Source: Chiloscyllium plagiosum (lineage: Eukaryota). From it: a stretch of DNA of 59,769 nt. The DNA is taken from assembly GCF_004010195.1 (NCBI RefSeq), contig NC_057718.1, positions 29,635,899 through 29,695,667 of the forward strand, written 5' to 3'. Positions 1 through 12,762 of the stretch are shown piece by piece. Below the pieces are notes generated by a model. That model saw only the letters and a list, made by a program, of their open reading frames with translations, did no database searches and was not told the DNA's origin. The stretch's first letter is position 1, and each line of letters opens with the position of its first letter. A program made the position numbers and the translations under genes.

Positions 1-650
1 ATAGTGAAGAAGGCGTTTGGTATGCTTTCCTTTATTGGTCAGAGTATTGAGTACAGGAGTTGGGAGGTCATGTTGTGGCTGTACAGGACATTGGTTAGGC
101 CACTGTTGGAATATTGCATGCAATTCTGGTCTTCTTCCTATTGGAAAGATGTTGTGAAACTTGAAAGGGTTCAGAAAAGATTTACAAGGATGTTGCCAGG
201 GTTGGAGGATCTGAGCTACAGGGAAAGGCTGAACAGGCTGGGGCTGTTTTCCCTGGAGGGTCGGAGGCTGAGGGGTGACCTTTTAGAGGTTTACAAAATT
301 ATGAGGGGCATGGATAGGGTAAATAGACAAAGTCTTTTCCCTGGAGTCGGGGAGTCCAGCACTAGAGGGCATAGGTTTAGGGTGAGAGGGGAAAGATATA
401 AAAGAGACCTAAGGGGCAAATGTTTCACGCAGAGGGTAGTATGTGTATGGAATGGGCTGCCAGAGGATGTGGTGGAGGCTGGTACAATTGCAACATTTAA
501 GAAGCATTTGGATGGGTATATGAATAGGAAGAGTTTGAAGGGATATGGGTTCTGGCAGGTGGGACTAGATTGGGTTGGGATATCTGGTCGGCATGGACAG
601 GTTGGACTGAAGGGTCTGTTTCCATGCTGTACATCTCTATGACTCTATGA
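1..650 (+). mobile_element. CR1-clade LINE 3' end (ORF2 C-terminus + 3' UTR), cut by the window edge
   Basis: ORF 4..642 has CR1 motifs LVRPLLEYC-QFWS, LERVQKRFTRM, RRLRGDL and TRGH. It ends in the tail repeat CTCTATGACTCTATGA. Confidence 0.95.
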
Positions 651-1378
651 TAGAGAAATTCTAAGAATGTGAGGGAAATCATGATCATTGAAGAATTCTG
701 AAATAATATCCTGGTTATCCTGAAAGCTCATTTAGATGAGCGTCAAGTACTGAAGTTCGAAGAAATAGCAGTTCTGGCAGACACCAATGACATCTAACAC
801 TGATCATTATTACTGGAGAAATGGCAATACAGGAATCAACAAGGCAATTGGCCAAATAGAAAATCTGGGAATGGGAAAGGGATTAACCATAGGGAACAAA
901 CAGAGAATGCCAAAATTATACAGGAGACAGCGAGAACCTTAAAGTGATGTGAGGAAAGTTATGTGTTTCTGTTGTAACAAGATTGGATGTATTAAGACTG
1001 ATCGCTGGCAAATAAGTAGAAAACCCATTCCTTTAGTAACATGGCCTCAAGAATCCTCTGAAAAGTTGTAGCAGGAAAGAAAATGGGTATCAAAATGATA
1101 GCAGTGGTAGATGTAAAACATGTTCCTTCAGAACTTATTATGAAGGGTGGCTCATAATAGTGAAAATAATTATTTCTTGATAATCGCTAAAAAGAGCCAG
1201 GCTACTAGAAGTTCTCGATATTTGATCTTGAAAGGAAAACTGTTCCCTTATTTCTCCAACAAAATAAGTGAACCACATTTGAAAAGATATTCCCTTCAGC
1301 TTCTAATCAAATCTAATATTTTCATATATTTAAGTGTTTTGTTTGGTTTTAGTTAGTTCATACAAATCTAAGTTTACA

Positions 1379-2315
1379 ATGGCAGAGGACCTCAGACCCA
1401 TGGTATGTGCCTTTTGCTTGATGTGGGAGCTTAGGAACGTGTCTGACGTTACTGATTCTTACACTTGCAAGAGGTGTGTCCAGCTGCAGCTCTTGTTTGA
1501 CTGCATGACGGCTCTGGAGCTGTGGATGGACTCACTGTGGAGCTTTCGCAATGCTGAGGTGGTCGTGGATAGCACGTTTAGTGAACTGGTCACACCGCAG
1601 GTTAGAATTGCTGAGGGAGACAGTGAATGGGTGACCAAAAGACAGAAAAAGAGTTGGAAGGCAGTGCAGGTGACCCCTGTGGTCATCTCCCTCCAAAACA
1701 GGTATACTGTTTTGGATACTGTTGGGGGAGATGGCTCACCAGGGGAGGGCAGCAGTTGCCAGTATCATGGCAACGTGGTGGGCACTGCTGTTCAGAAGGG
1801 CGGAAAAAAGACTTGTAGGGGCCATAGTCATAGGGGATTCTATTGTGAGGGGAGTAGATAGGCAGTTCTGTGGCCAAAAACGGGACTCCTGGATGGTATG
1901 TTGCCTCCCAGGTCAGGGATGTCACCGATTGGCTGCAGAGCATTCTAAAAGGGGAGGGTGAACAGCCAGTTGTCTTGGTGCATATAGGCACCAACAATCT
2001 AAGTAGAAAACGAGATGAGGTCCTGAAAGAAGAATTCAGGGAGCTAGGAGAGAAGTTAAAGAGGAGGACCTCAAAGGTAGTGATCTCAGGATTACTACCA
2101 GTGCCACATGCTAGCCAACGAAGAAATGAAAATATAGGCAGGATGAACACGTGGCTTGAGAGATGGTGTAGGATGGATTCAGATTTGTTGGACATTGGGA
2201 CCAGTTCTGGGGAAGGTGAGACTATTATAAAATGGATGGTCTACATCTGAACCAGACCGGAACCAATGTCCTTAGGGGAGTTTTTGCTTCTGCTGTTGGG
2301 GAGGTTTTAAACTAA
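1379..2315 (+). pseudogene. CR1 ORF1 (Cys zinc finger/leucine zipper + SGNH esterase), frameshifted
   Basis: MAEDLRPMVCAFC...CKRC and NRY. SGNH blocks IVIGDSIVRG, VCCLPG, VLVHIGTNN and DGLHLN are spread over three frames. Confidence 0.9.
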
Positions 2316-2439
2316 TGTGGAAGGGGGCTGGGAACCAGAAGAGAAAACAAGTAGGCAGCGAGGTGGAGACTGGAGACTGTAAGAATTATGAAGATAGCAT
2401 TAATAAAGGAAGATTACGCAGACAGCAGATGAGCACAAA

Positions 2440-5200
2440 AAAACTGGGGGCCTGAAATGCATCTACTTTAATGCAAGGAGTATCGTGTGTAAGGCAGATG
2501 AACTCAGGTCTTGGATTGGTGCCTGGGAGTATGACGTTATTGCCATCACAGAGACTTGGTTGAAGGAAGGACATAATGATTGGCAACTAAATGTTCCAGG
2601 ATATAGACGCTTCAGACAGGACAGGGAGGGAAGTAAAAGAGGGGGAGTGGATTTGCATTGCTGGTCAGGGACGATATCACGGCTGTGCTAAAGGAGCACA
2701 CTATGGAGATCTTGGGTAGTGAGGCATTATGGATGGAGCTGAGAAATAAGAAAGGTGCAGTTACATTGTCGGAGCTGTATTACAGGCCTCCCAACAGTGA
2801 GCATGAGGTAGAAGAACAAATAGGTAAACAGATTATGGAAAAATATAGAGGCAATAAGGTAGTGGTGATGGGAGATTGTAATTTTCCCAACATTGACTGG
2901 AATATGCTTAGCGTCAGAGGTCTGGATGGGGCAGAGTTTGTAAGAAGCATCCAGGAGAGTTTTCGAGAGCAGTATGTCAATAGTCCGACGAGGGAAGAGA
3001 CCATATTGGACCTGGTACTGGGGAACGAGCCAGGACAGGTGGTAGAAGTTGCGGTGGGAGATTTCTTTGGGAACAGTGACCACAATTCTGTAAGTTTTAG
3101 ATTATTCATAGATAAAGAAGAGTGGTCCTAAGGGAAGAATACTAAACTGGGACAAGGCCAATGATATCAAAATTAGGCAGGAGCTCAGAAATGTGGATTG
3201 GACACAGCTATTTGAAAGGAAGTCGACATTTGAGATGTGGGAGACTTTCAAAGATAGTGCAGGATAGGCATGTCCCGTTGAAGGCAAAGGATAGGAAGGG
3301 CAAGATTCGTGAACCGTGGATGACAGGAGAAATTGTACAACCAACCAAGAGGAAAAGGGAAGCGTACATAAGGTCTAGGCAGCTAAGAACAGAACGGACC
3401 CTGGAGGAATATTGGAAGAGTAAGACAAGTCTTAAGCGAGGAATCAAGTGAGCTAAAAGGAGTCATGAAATAGCTTTAGTGAGCAGAATTAAGGAGAATC
3501 CCAAATAATTTTATTATATAAGAAGCAAGCAGGTAGCTAGGGAAAGGATTGGTCCACTAAAGAATAACGAAGGAAGGCTTGTGTCGAACCTGAGTGAATG
3601 GGTAAGATTCTGAATGATTACTTTGCATCAGTGTTCACTGAGGAGATGAACATGATGAATGTTGAGATTAGAGTTTAAAGTTTGATTAGTCTGGATCACA
3701 TTGACATAGGTAGGGAAGATGTGTTGGGAGGCTAGAGGTTTTTAAGGTGGACAAATCCCCAGGACCGGATGGGATCTTTCCCAGGTTCATTGAGGGAGGC
3801 AAGAGAGAAAATAGCTGGGGCCCTGAAGATATCTTTGTGGCATCCTTAAATACAGGTGAGGTGCCGGAGGACTGCTCATGTTGTCCCTGTGTACAAGAAG
3901 GGTAGTAGGGATATTCCGGGTAACTACAGACAAGTGAGCCTGACGTCACTGGTGGGAAAGTTGCTGGAGAAGGTACTGAGGGATAGGATCTATTTATATT
4001 TAGAAAAGAATGGACTTATCAATGATAGGCAACATGATTTTGTGCGGGGGAGATCATGCCTTACCAACTTAATAGAGTTCTTCGGGGAAGTAACCAACTT
4101 GATAGGTGAAGGAAGGGCTGCTGATGTCATATACATGGATTTTAGTAAGGCATGTGATAAGGTTCCCCATGGTAGACTAATGGAGAAAGTGAAGTCACAC
4201 GGTGTGCAGGGTGTTCTAGCTAGGTGGATAAAGAACTGGTTGAGCAACAGGAGACAGAGAGTAATAGTTGAAGGGAGTTTCTCGAAATGGAGAAAGGTGA
4301 CCAGTGACCAGTGGTGTTCCACAGGGGTCAGTGTTAGGACCACTGTTGTTTGTAATATACATAGATGGTCTGGAAGAGGGCACTGTTGGTATGATCAGCA
4401 AGTTTGCAGATGACACGAAGATCGGTGGAGTAGCAGAAAGCATAAGGGACTGTCAGAGAATACAGGAGGATATAGATAGATTGGAGAGTTAGGCAGAAAA
4501 GTGGCAGATGGTTTTCAATCCAGACAAATGTGAGATGATGCATTTAGGCAAGACTAATTCAATAGTGAATTAAACAATGAATGGAAGGGCCTTGGGAACA
4601 GTTGATGGGCAGAGAAATCTGGGAGTTCAGGTCCATTGTACCCTGACATTTACTGCACAGGTGGATAGAGTGGTCAAGAAGGCATTTGGTATGCTTACCT
4701 TCATTGGATGGGGTGTTGAGTATAAGAGCTGGCAAGTCATGTTAAAATTGTACAAGACATTTGTTCGGCCGCATTTAGAATACTGTGTACAGTTCTGGTC
4801 ACCACATTACCGAAAGGATGTGGTCACTTTGGTCAGGCTGCAGAGAAGGTTTATGAGGATGTTGCCTGGTATGGAAAGTGCTAGCTATGAAGAGTGGTTG
4901 AGTAGGTTAGGTTTATTTTCATTAGAAAAAAGGAGATTGGGGGGGGGGGGGGGGGAACCTGATTGAGGTTTACAAAATCATGAAGGGTATAGACAGGGTG
5001 GATAGAGACAAGCTTTTTCCCAGGGTGAAGGGTTCAATAACAAGAGGTCATGCTTTCAAGGTGAGAGGTGGAATGTTTAAGGGGGATACGTGCGGCAAGT
5101 ACTTCACACAGAGGGTGGTGGGCGTTTTGAACGCATTGCCAGCAGAGGTAGAGGCAGGCATGGTAGATTCATTTAAGATGCATCTGGACAGATGCATAAG
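2440..5200 (+). pseudogene. CR1 ORF2 (AP endonuclease + reverse transcriptase), frameshifted
   Basis: APE motifs YFNARS, IAITETW, GDCNFP and NSDH. RT motifs YMDFSKACDKV, PQGSVLGP and KFADD. Confidence 0.93.
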
Positions 5201-5531
5201 TCGGTGCGAGCAGAGGGTTACAGATGCTTAGGAATTGGGCAACAGGTTTGGACAGTTGATTTGGATCGGCTCAGGCTTGGAGGGCCAAAGGGCCTGTTAC
5301 TGGGCTGTAAATTTCCTTTGTTCTTTGTTCTAGTTCTATTGTTCAAACTAATAAAGATATTGGGAGAAATGGAGAAATTCACTCACTGACATTGGCTGAT
5401 GATTAAAAAAATATTAATTGGAGGAATCCATGAAAGGGTAGAAACTGGCTCCATCATACAGAGTTAAATTAAAAAGTGACTTAGAAGTTGTATTTCAATG
5501 CCAAAAGAAAGCATTGATTTTATCCTCTCAG

Positions 5532-5715
5532 GACCTTTTAAAATCTTTCCCTTCTCTTCTGAAACCTATTCCCTCTAGTTTTGGACTCCCTCACCCCAGG
5601 GAAAAGACCTTGGCCATTCATCTATCCATGCCCCTCATGATTTTATAAACTTCTCTAAGGTCACCCCTTAGCCTCCAATACTCCAGGGAAAGAAAAAGCT
5701 CCAGCCTACCCAGAG
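5532..5715 (-). mobile_element. Short CR1 ORF2 fragment
   Basis: Translates as LFLSLEYWRLRGDLREVYKIMRGMDR. Confidence 0.85.
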
Positions 5716-6150
5716 TAAAAAAAAATCCAAAATGTGTCAATTGGCCAAGACTTAAAATTGTCCAACAATAAAAGGTAGAGCAGATAAAAATGCCCAATCT
5801 CAAAACTTTCCCACTGGAGACAAGGTGTTATAGTATTACTTGTCTCTGGGGAGACATTAGAAGCAAGATCTTATCAAAACAAAAAGAAATACCATGATAT
5901 GAATTACATAGTGAGTATTCCAAATAGGAGAAAAAAAGCAATGTATGTGTCATGTTAATACATTAAAATGATACTATGACAGGAAGCAGCAATCTCATAT
6001 CTGATACCTTATCAAGAGCAAATATAGAAAAATATAGATGTTACTGTGAAGAATATGTTTTTTTAATGGAATGTGCTTGTGTGTTTTGATGTAATTGAAG
6101 GATTACTGTTTGTGTGCATAAGCAAAATTAAAATAATGCAGGGAGGATAT

Positions 6151-6976
6151 TGTAACAGAAAATGAAAATGCTGCTTAAAGATACTTCTTCACTCATTTTT
6201 CCTATTGAGAATTATTAGGAGAATAACTTTAAGTGTAGTTGATGTTTTCTACTTTATGTGTTAAGAAGGGAGAGATATGGTTTTAGTTGTTTTTATGTTA
6301 TTTTTGTCAGCTTAGTGATGTGGATCTGGAGGTTTCTTTGCTTATGTGCATTATTAATGAGGTCTTAAACATTTGTAGTTAAGAAGTCGTGATAGCGGTT
6401 TGATGCATTAAGTAAAATTAGAGTTTTAGAATCTGCACTGTTGCCTAGTGACAGGGGTTCAGGGATGCACAGAAGACAGTAAAAAAGAGGTCAGTAATCC
6501 AGCATGTCAGATGAAAAGTACCAGAACTTGAGTTTGAAGAACTCATTTGATTACTTTGATGTTAAATTACAAGAGAATTTAGTTTGCAGTTTGTTTTAAG
6601 GGTCTCACGGAGAGATAACAGCTGAAGGAAAAACATTTACTGAACATGCAGAAATTTGCTGCAAGGAAACTGGGTGCAGTTGTGTCAGCCTGTGCAAAAG
6701 ATCTTGATGTGAAGGTAGTCTTGACTCTTCATTGGTATTAATAATATTTCTGAGATAAAAGAAATATCTTGAGTTTGATTCCTGTTCCGATGTCTGTCAT
6801 GAAATCATTTTGTCCAATGTTCATGTTATTTTCTTGTTTCATAAATGTTTTATTCTTTGTGTTCAAAATGCATTGAAAACCTTATGAATGTCTTCACTGC
6901 AAAGCTCCATGCTTGAAACAAAACAATTAACTGACAATTAATTTGTCCTGTATTAACAGCAACTGGGATCACAACA
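6151..6976 (+). mobile_element. 3' LTR of the Gypsy element
   Basis: Starts TGTAAC directly after the purine tract GCAGGGAGGATAT and ends ...GGGATCACAACA (TG...CA termini). Confidence 0.7.
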
Positions 6977-6989
6977 AACCTCCTGCCTC

Positions 6990-9900
6990 TCAATCCTTGA
7001 ATCTTGAAATTCCATCTGCTTCTGCAATTCTGGGCTTTATAATTCGGAGAAGCATGTTAAACAACCAATAAATTGGATTGCCTCCACCACAGAAATGATG
7101 ATCTGGAGTTTCCAAATGGAAGTTGGTGCTTTTCGCAATCCACCTCATAGTACACTTGCATCTTATTTAAATGTATGTGGTAGTGCATGCAGTCTGAATG
7201 ATAGGTCTGCCTGAACAATCACCAGCTAGCAAGTCAGAAAACCAATTGTTAAATAATAACTGTCACTCCAATTTTTGAGAATTGACTTCGGTGATGTTGG
7301 CACTAACAAACTGAAGAGTTGCAAGAGGGTATTTATGGAATGATAAACTGTTCTGCATGCATTCAGTTATGTAATTAGCACTTAACACCTCTGTTTGTAT
7401 GGTTTGCAGCACCTGTGCACAAAACTCTCTGTAGAGTATCTGCAGTAAAAACTGTAAGCATCTTGGTTGCTTCCTCAGATGAACCAATGACATCAGAAAA
7501 ATGTCAAAGATTGTTGCAACAAAATATAATTCTGCATCTTTATAATAAATCGCCTCTACACCAAGGAGATCAAATGAGGTCTGAGTAACTGCTTCATGGA
7601 ACACCTCTGCATAAATATAACCATGAACTTCCAGTTACCTGTCATTTTAATTCTCTGGCTTTCTACAATTCTGACCTTCTGCCCTCAGCCTCCTGCAATG
7701 TTACAATGTAGATTAGTGCAAGCCCAAGGAACAGCACCTCATTTTTTGACTAGATCATCTGCAACCCATGCTCCATTTTGTCTATTCTTTCTTTATTGTT
7801 CTTTCTCTCTCATGCATTTCACTTTCTCCTTTTCTTCATCCTAGATACCATCATTCACAGCTTTTCTAGATGCATCATTTGTTCCTTAAATATCCCATGC
7901 CCTCTCCTTTTGACCTTGCATGATGATTGTTCTTGTCTTAGAATCTCTCCACTCCATCTTGTTACACATTGTAAATTCACTTCTGGAATGCAGGCATCAC
8001 TGGTTGGGCCAATATTTATTGCCCACCCTCAGTTGCCCTTGAGAACGTAGTGGTGAACTGAATTCTTGAATTGCTTCAGTCCATGATGTGTTGGTAGATC
8101 CACAATCCTGTTAGGGAGGGAATTCCAGAATTTCAATCCAAGAACACTGAAGGAATGGCAATAGATTTCCAAATCAGGATGGTGAGTGGCTTGGAGATGA
8201 ACTCGCAGGTATTGTTGTTCCTATATATTCACTCCTCTTGTCCTTCAAGGTAGTAGTGGTTTGGAAGGTGCTATCTAAGGAATCTAGGTGAATTTCTATG
8301 CAGCTTCATATAAATGGTACACACTGCTGCAACTCAACACCCAGTGATGGAGGGAGTGAATATTTTTGGATGTGATGCCAATCAAGTCTGGGCTGCTCAG
8401 TCCTCGATAATGTCAAGATTCCTGATCATCATTGTAACTGCATTCAATGAGGCAAGTGGGGAGTATTCCATTATACTCTTGAATTTGACATAGATGATGG
8501 ACAGGCTTTGGGCAGTCAGGTGGCAAGATACTTTCTTTAGTATTCCTCACCCTTGACCTGCTATTGTAGACATTGTATTTATATGGTGAGTCCAGTTTCT
8601 GGAAAATCCCCAGATGATGACAGTGCAGGGATTCGGTAATGGTAAGACCATTGAATGTCAAGGGGCAGATTGCCTCTTATTGGAGAAGATCATTGTATGG
8701 TGCAAACATTGTATGCCACAGACCTGAAACAAATTATTATGCTTCTCTCTTCACAGATGCTGCCAAACCCACTGAGTGCTTTGATGTCCACCATCAGCAA
8801 TATTTTGCTTTTATCCATGCATTTCATCTCAGGTCCTTAGTTACTGCAAAACGATATGTTCAATCTCCTGGAAATCAGATTCTGTGGAATATAATTTCGC
8901 AATTGAGGGAAATGTAACTGCACTGCAAATTGTTGCAGGGATTTTAAAATAAAAATTAATGGTTATCTTCATTGAGATTCATCGAATTAGACCTCTCTTT
9001 AGTATAGTCACTTTATAACACCAGGTGTTAATAACTATTTTTAAAATTGTTTTTGGCCAAAACATAATGAAATGTGTCCCTTTTTTATGTTTGAAAAGTT
9101 GTGAGACTGATAAGGAGGATCTTTCAATTAGTTTGACGTAATCTGAACAGTACACTTCAGGCATGAATGCCACTCTGACCTCCCATGATGAGGTTGTCCA
9201 TTTAATATACCTTAGGCTGAAGTGTAATTAACATTTTTATGATTTCATGTCTGATTTGCAGACCTCTGAGGACTCAGATATGAGCGCAGCAACAAGAACA
9301 TAGGAGCGGGGAGTAGGCTATTTATCTTGTTCCACTATTCAATGAGTTAATAGCTGATCTGTAATTTGACATTGTGTCATTCCTTTAATACATTAATTTT
9401 GTTAGCAGAAATATTTCAATCTCCGATAAGAATAACAATTTACTTAACTATTTGCATAAGAAAGTTCCAAACTTCTATCACTCTTTGACTGTGGAAAGTT
9501 TTTAAGCTGAAAGATAATTTTGAAGACGTAGTTGCTGTTTGATGTCCATCACTTGTTCAGTCTAATGACAGGTAACTCCCTTCATAATGACCTTTGGAAC
9601 TGGACATCTCATATATCATTAGGACTAGCAATAGTGTTGGCTTCCTACCTGGCTCTGAAGTGAAATTTTGTATATCAAGCAAAATTGCACCAATTTGGAA
9701 CAATTATGACTCAGTGGACAATACGTTTTCTCAGAGTCCTGATTCATAAATTGAGTGTTGAATGTCCATGGCTTCAAAATGTCCTGTGAGGTTTTTCTTC
9801 CACAATGGTTCAGTGAGGGGATGGTTTCAGTGTGGTGGTACCAGCCAGTAGCTAGAATACTATAACACAAAAGGATGAGAAATTGCACATAACTCCAGTT

Positions 9901-10407
9901 ACCGTCTGCTGTTCAATGACTTCTGCTCAGATGTACATGAGGTTAGGTGATAGTATCAAGTTTGACTCTGATGCTATCAAGGAGAAAGTGAGGACTACAG
10001 ATGCTATCACGTTTGGCAATAAGTAGAAACAAGGGAGGATGCTTAAAGGGAGAATAAATACAAGTATCGAACTGTTGGACCAAAGGTTCTGTTTTATTCT
10101 GCAAGTATTTGGACAACTGTGGAATCCTACTCCACCAGGAATCTAAAGACAAATGTGAGAAAATAGAAAATAACATTTGAAAACTTTGTTTATTCAATTA
10201 TTAGCTTGTGGTTTAATAGTATTGATACTTTGCATTTCCAGGACTGCCGATGAAGTGTTGTTGGAAGAGATATTTTCTGTCAGAGTTTTGCTTTAAAATT
10301 GGCAATTGAGTTCACAGAACACAGTAAATTAGAATAGAAAAAATTGTAAATTTAAGGATCATCCCACGGGTTTCCAATCCTCCAATAAATTGGTGTCAAG
10401 TTTGTGT
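6990..10407 (-). pseudogene. Candidate decayed multi-exon gene with CARD-like exons (pseudogene B)
   Basis: AG/GT-bounded, phase-compatible exons at 10407-10368 (40 nt), 10290-10229 (62 nt) and 10142-9649 (494 nt; one frame, 2 stops). A further long, nearly open frame runs ~7630-6990 downstream of an acceptor at 7693. Confidence 0.45.
7975..8710 (-). mobile_element. Old CR1/L2-group LINE 3' fragment (second family)
   Basis: Reverse-strand match to 45480-46290 (TFNGLTITES..., GGGCAATAAAT tail). Confidence 0.75.
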
Positions 10408-10434
10408 CTGCAAATGCATCCATAATCTCACACA

Positions 10435-12230
10435 AAAGACCATAAGAAATAAAAACAGGAGGAGGCTTACCTCACCATTCAATAGGATTTTGGTTAATCT
10501 AAAATTCCTCATGTCCACTTCCCTGCTTTTTTCCATGACCCTTGATTCACCTACTGATCAAGAATCTATCTATCTCAGCCTTAAATTTCCACAATAATTC
10601 TGCCCCAACAGCCCACGGTGACAAGGAGTTCCAAAAACTTGCAACTCTCTGACAGAAGAAATTTCTCCCCTTCTCAATCTTAAATTGGTGTTCCTTTATT
10701 CTGAGAATGTACCCTCTGGTCCTATGCTCTCCCATGAAGTGAAATACTCTTTCAGCATTTATCCTGTCAAGTCCCTTAAGGATCATATATATTTAATGAG
10801 ATCGTCTCTCATTCTTTGATACTCCAGTGAGCCAAGTTGCAACCTGTTAGCTCATAAGACAACCCCTTCATACTGAGGATCATGCCAACGAACCTTCTCT
10901 GAACTGCCTTCAATGAAATGATATCTTTCTTTAAATAAGGGGACCAAAACTGCTCCTAGTACCCCAAATGTCGTCTCACCAGCAGCTTGTACAGCTGCAG
11001 GAAGACCTCCATATTCTGCTCCAATGCCTCTCTGCATCCATGAGTCATTAAACAAATATTGTCACCTCTTTTAGATTCCATAGCACTTTTAGAAAACTGA
11101 AGATTTCCATTTGATGAACAAACCAACAATTATACCTCTACAATCCTACTGAAATTATTTAAATTAGGCTTTAAGAACATAAGATCTGGGAACAAGAGTA
11201 GGCCATTTGGTCCCTCAAGCATGCTTGCTTTTCAACACAATCTTGACTGATCTGCCTGAAGTCCTCAACTTGTCATATCAACTCACCATAGACCTCAACT
11301 TCCTGATATGACAAAAATCTATCTACTGCCTCTTTAAATACTTTGAGTGATGTAGCCTCAACATCTCTCTAGGATGAAGAATTCCAGGCATTCATTCCCT
11401 CTGGGAGAAGAAATTCTTTCACATCTCAGTTTTAAATGAGGCACTCCAGGTATCATCTGACCAATACCCTCTGCATTTTTGAAAAGAATTCTCTTTTTTT
11501 AAACTCCAAGTCTGCAGCAACAAAGGCCAAAATTGCACTTGCTTTCTTAATTACTTGCTGTACCTGCATGCTAACTTTCTATATTTTGTGCACAGGCAAG
11601 ACATTAAAAAAGATAGTAAATAATTGCGGGCCTATCACTGATCCCTGTGGCACTAGCTATGACTTTTCATCTTGATTAATCCAAGCTCTTCTGTGTGATA
11701 ACCAATTCTCAGTCCATGCTATTATGTTGTCCCCTCCCCAAATACTGCGAACTCTTGTCTGGTGCAATAGCCTTTTATGTCGCATCTCATTGAATGGCTT
11801 CTGAAAATCCAAATACGCAACACCTCCCAAGAACCAGTTGTTATATCCTCCAAGAACTCAAGCAAATTTGTCAAACATAGTTTCCCTTTCACAAAACTAT
11901 GTTGACTCTATTTTATTGCAATTGCACTGCTATTTCTTTTTAAATAATGTACGTTTCCTAATAACTGATGCTGGCTAACTGGCCTGTAGTTTCAGATTTT
12001 CAGTCTCCCTCCATTCTTGAACAGGGGTGTAAATTGGAACCTATTTCTGCCACACCAATCTTTGAGCCATACATTTACCTCTCTGGTCTTATTTACCCTA
12101 TGCCAATTTGCACACGACTCAGGTAGTAATCCAGAGATTATTATCTTTGTGATTCAGACTTTTGATTCTGAATTTTGAATCTAAAAATGTCTTCGTCTCA
12201 TTACTGTTTTAGGATTTGGTTGGTACAAAT
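10435..12230 (-). mobile_element. Cluster of old CR1 fragments (3' tails, RT and ORF1 remnants)
   Basis: CATAAGA-type tails at ~10440 and ~11175. ILKGLDR...RTRG, EYCxQFW-like and PQGSV remnants. Confidence 0.75.
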
Positions 12231-12354
12231 TGTCTACATTTCTGTCCATTAGAACATGGACTTCATTTCAAAAGTATGTAAATGGCTATGAAGCATTTCT
12301 ACTGGAAAAGACAGAACAAAAATGCAGGTTCTCCTTTCCTTTTGCTCTGTCTAA

Positions 12355-12490
12355 AAATAAAGAATTGCATTTACAAAGCACCAGTTGTGATGTCAGGTTG
12401 TTCCAAAAACACTTTCCAGTCAATGAAGTAGTTTTGAATGTGGTCAACATTTTAATGTAATGCAAATTGTGATAATTTCCAATCACAGGT
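12355..12490 (-). mobile_element. DeuSINE-like (AmnSINE1/SacSINE1-type) 3' fragment
   Basis: TTGCATTTAC...CAATGAAGTAGTTTTGAATGTGGTCA resembles the AmnSINE1/SacSINE1 tail as I recall it. Confidence 0.5.
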
Positions 12491-12762
12491 ATGTCATCAG
12501 ACAGAGGCATCAAGAGAGGTTAGAAGGTACAGTACAGGGGTAAATGAGCACAAAAATTCAAACAACCAAATGAAAAGATAACATAAGGAATTTCAAAATG
12601 CACCTTGTGAGGAGAAGAATTAAGATGCAGAGAGATATCATATGGGGAGAGAAACTGAGAAAAAGGAATTTATATTCTGTCAATAATATGGTTAAGCAAA
12701 ATGAAGGCAGCTATTCATCAGGGGAAAAAAAAAGTTTATAATGTAAATGGTTTTTAAACAGG

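Larger units (their letters stand above)
1334..5330 (+). mobile_element. Near full-length CR1 LINE (ORF1 + ORF2), inactivated by frameshifts
   Basis: ORF1 followed by ORF2 in the expected order, ending in a (TTCTTTGT)-like tail at ~5315-5330. The 5' boundary is approximate. Confidence 0.93.
651..6150 (+). mobile_element. Degenerate, internally deleted Gmr1-type Ty3/Gypsy internal region, interrupted by CR1 insertions
   Basis: Decayed gag-like VREIMIIEEF...HLDERQ...AVLAD (~670-785) and knuckle-like CFCCNKIGCIK (~962-1000). Protease-adjacent ILIGGIH...YRVKLKSDL (~5410-5485), integrase-end GDKVL and CHVNTLK (~5815-5975), and RNaseH-end NLISDTLSRA (~5990-6020). A purine tract precedes the LTR. 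Confidence 0.75.

Noticed and set aside
4..642. Long ORFs as host genes (also 30766-31437, 56731-57414, 54626-55054)
   Set aside because: All carry CR1 or Penelope motifs and are fragments of broken TE ORFs.
4938..4955. Poly-G run as a functional G-quadruplex
   Set aside because: It is a local expansion inside a dead CR1 ORF2, or a homopolymer sequencing artefact.
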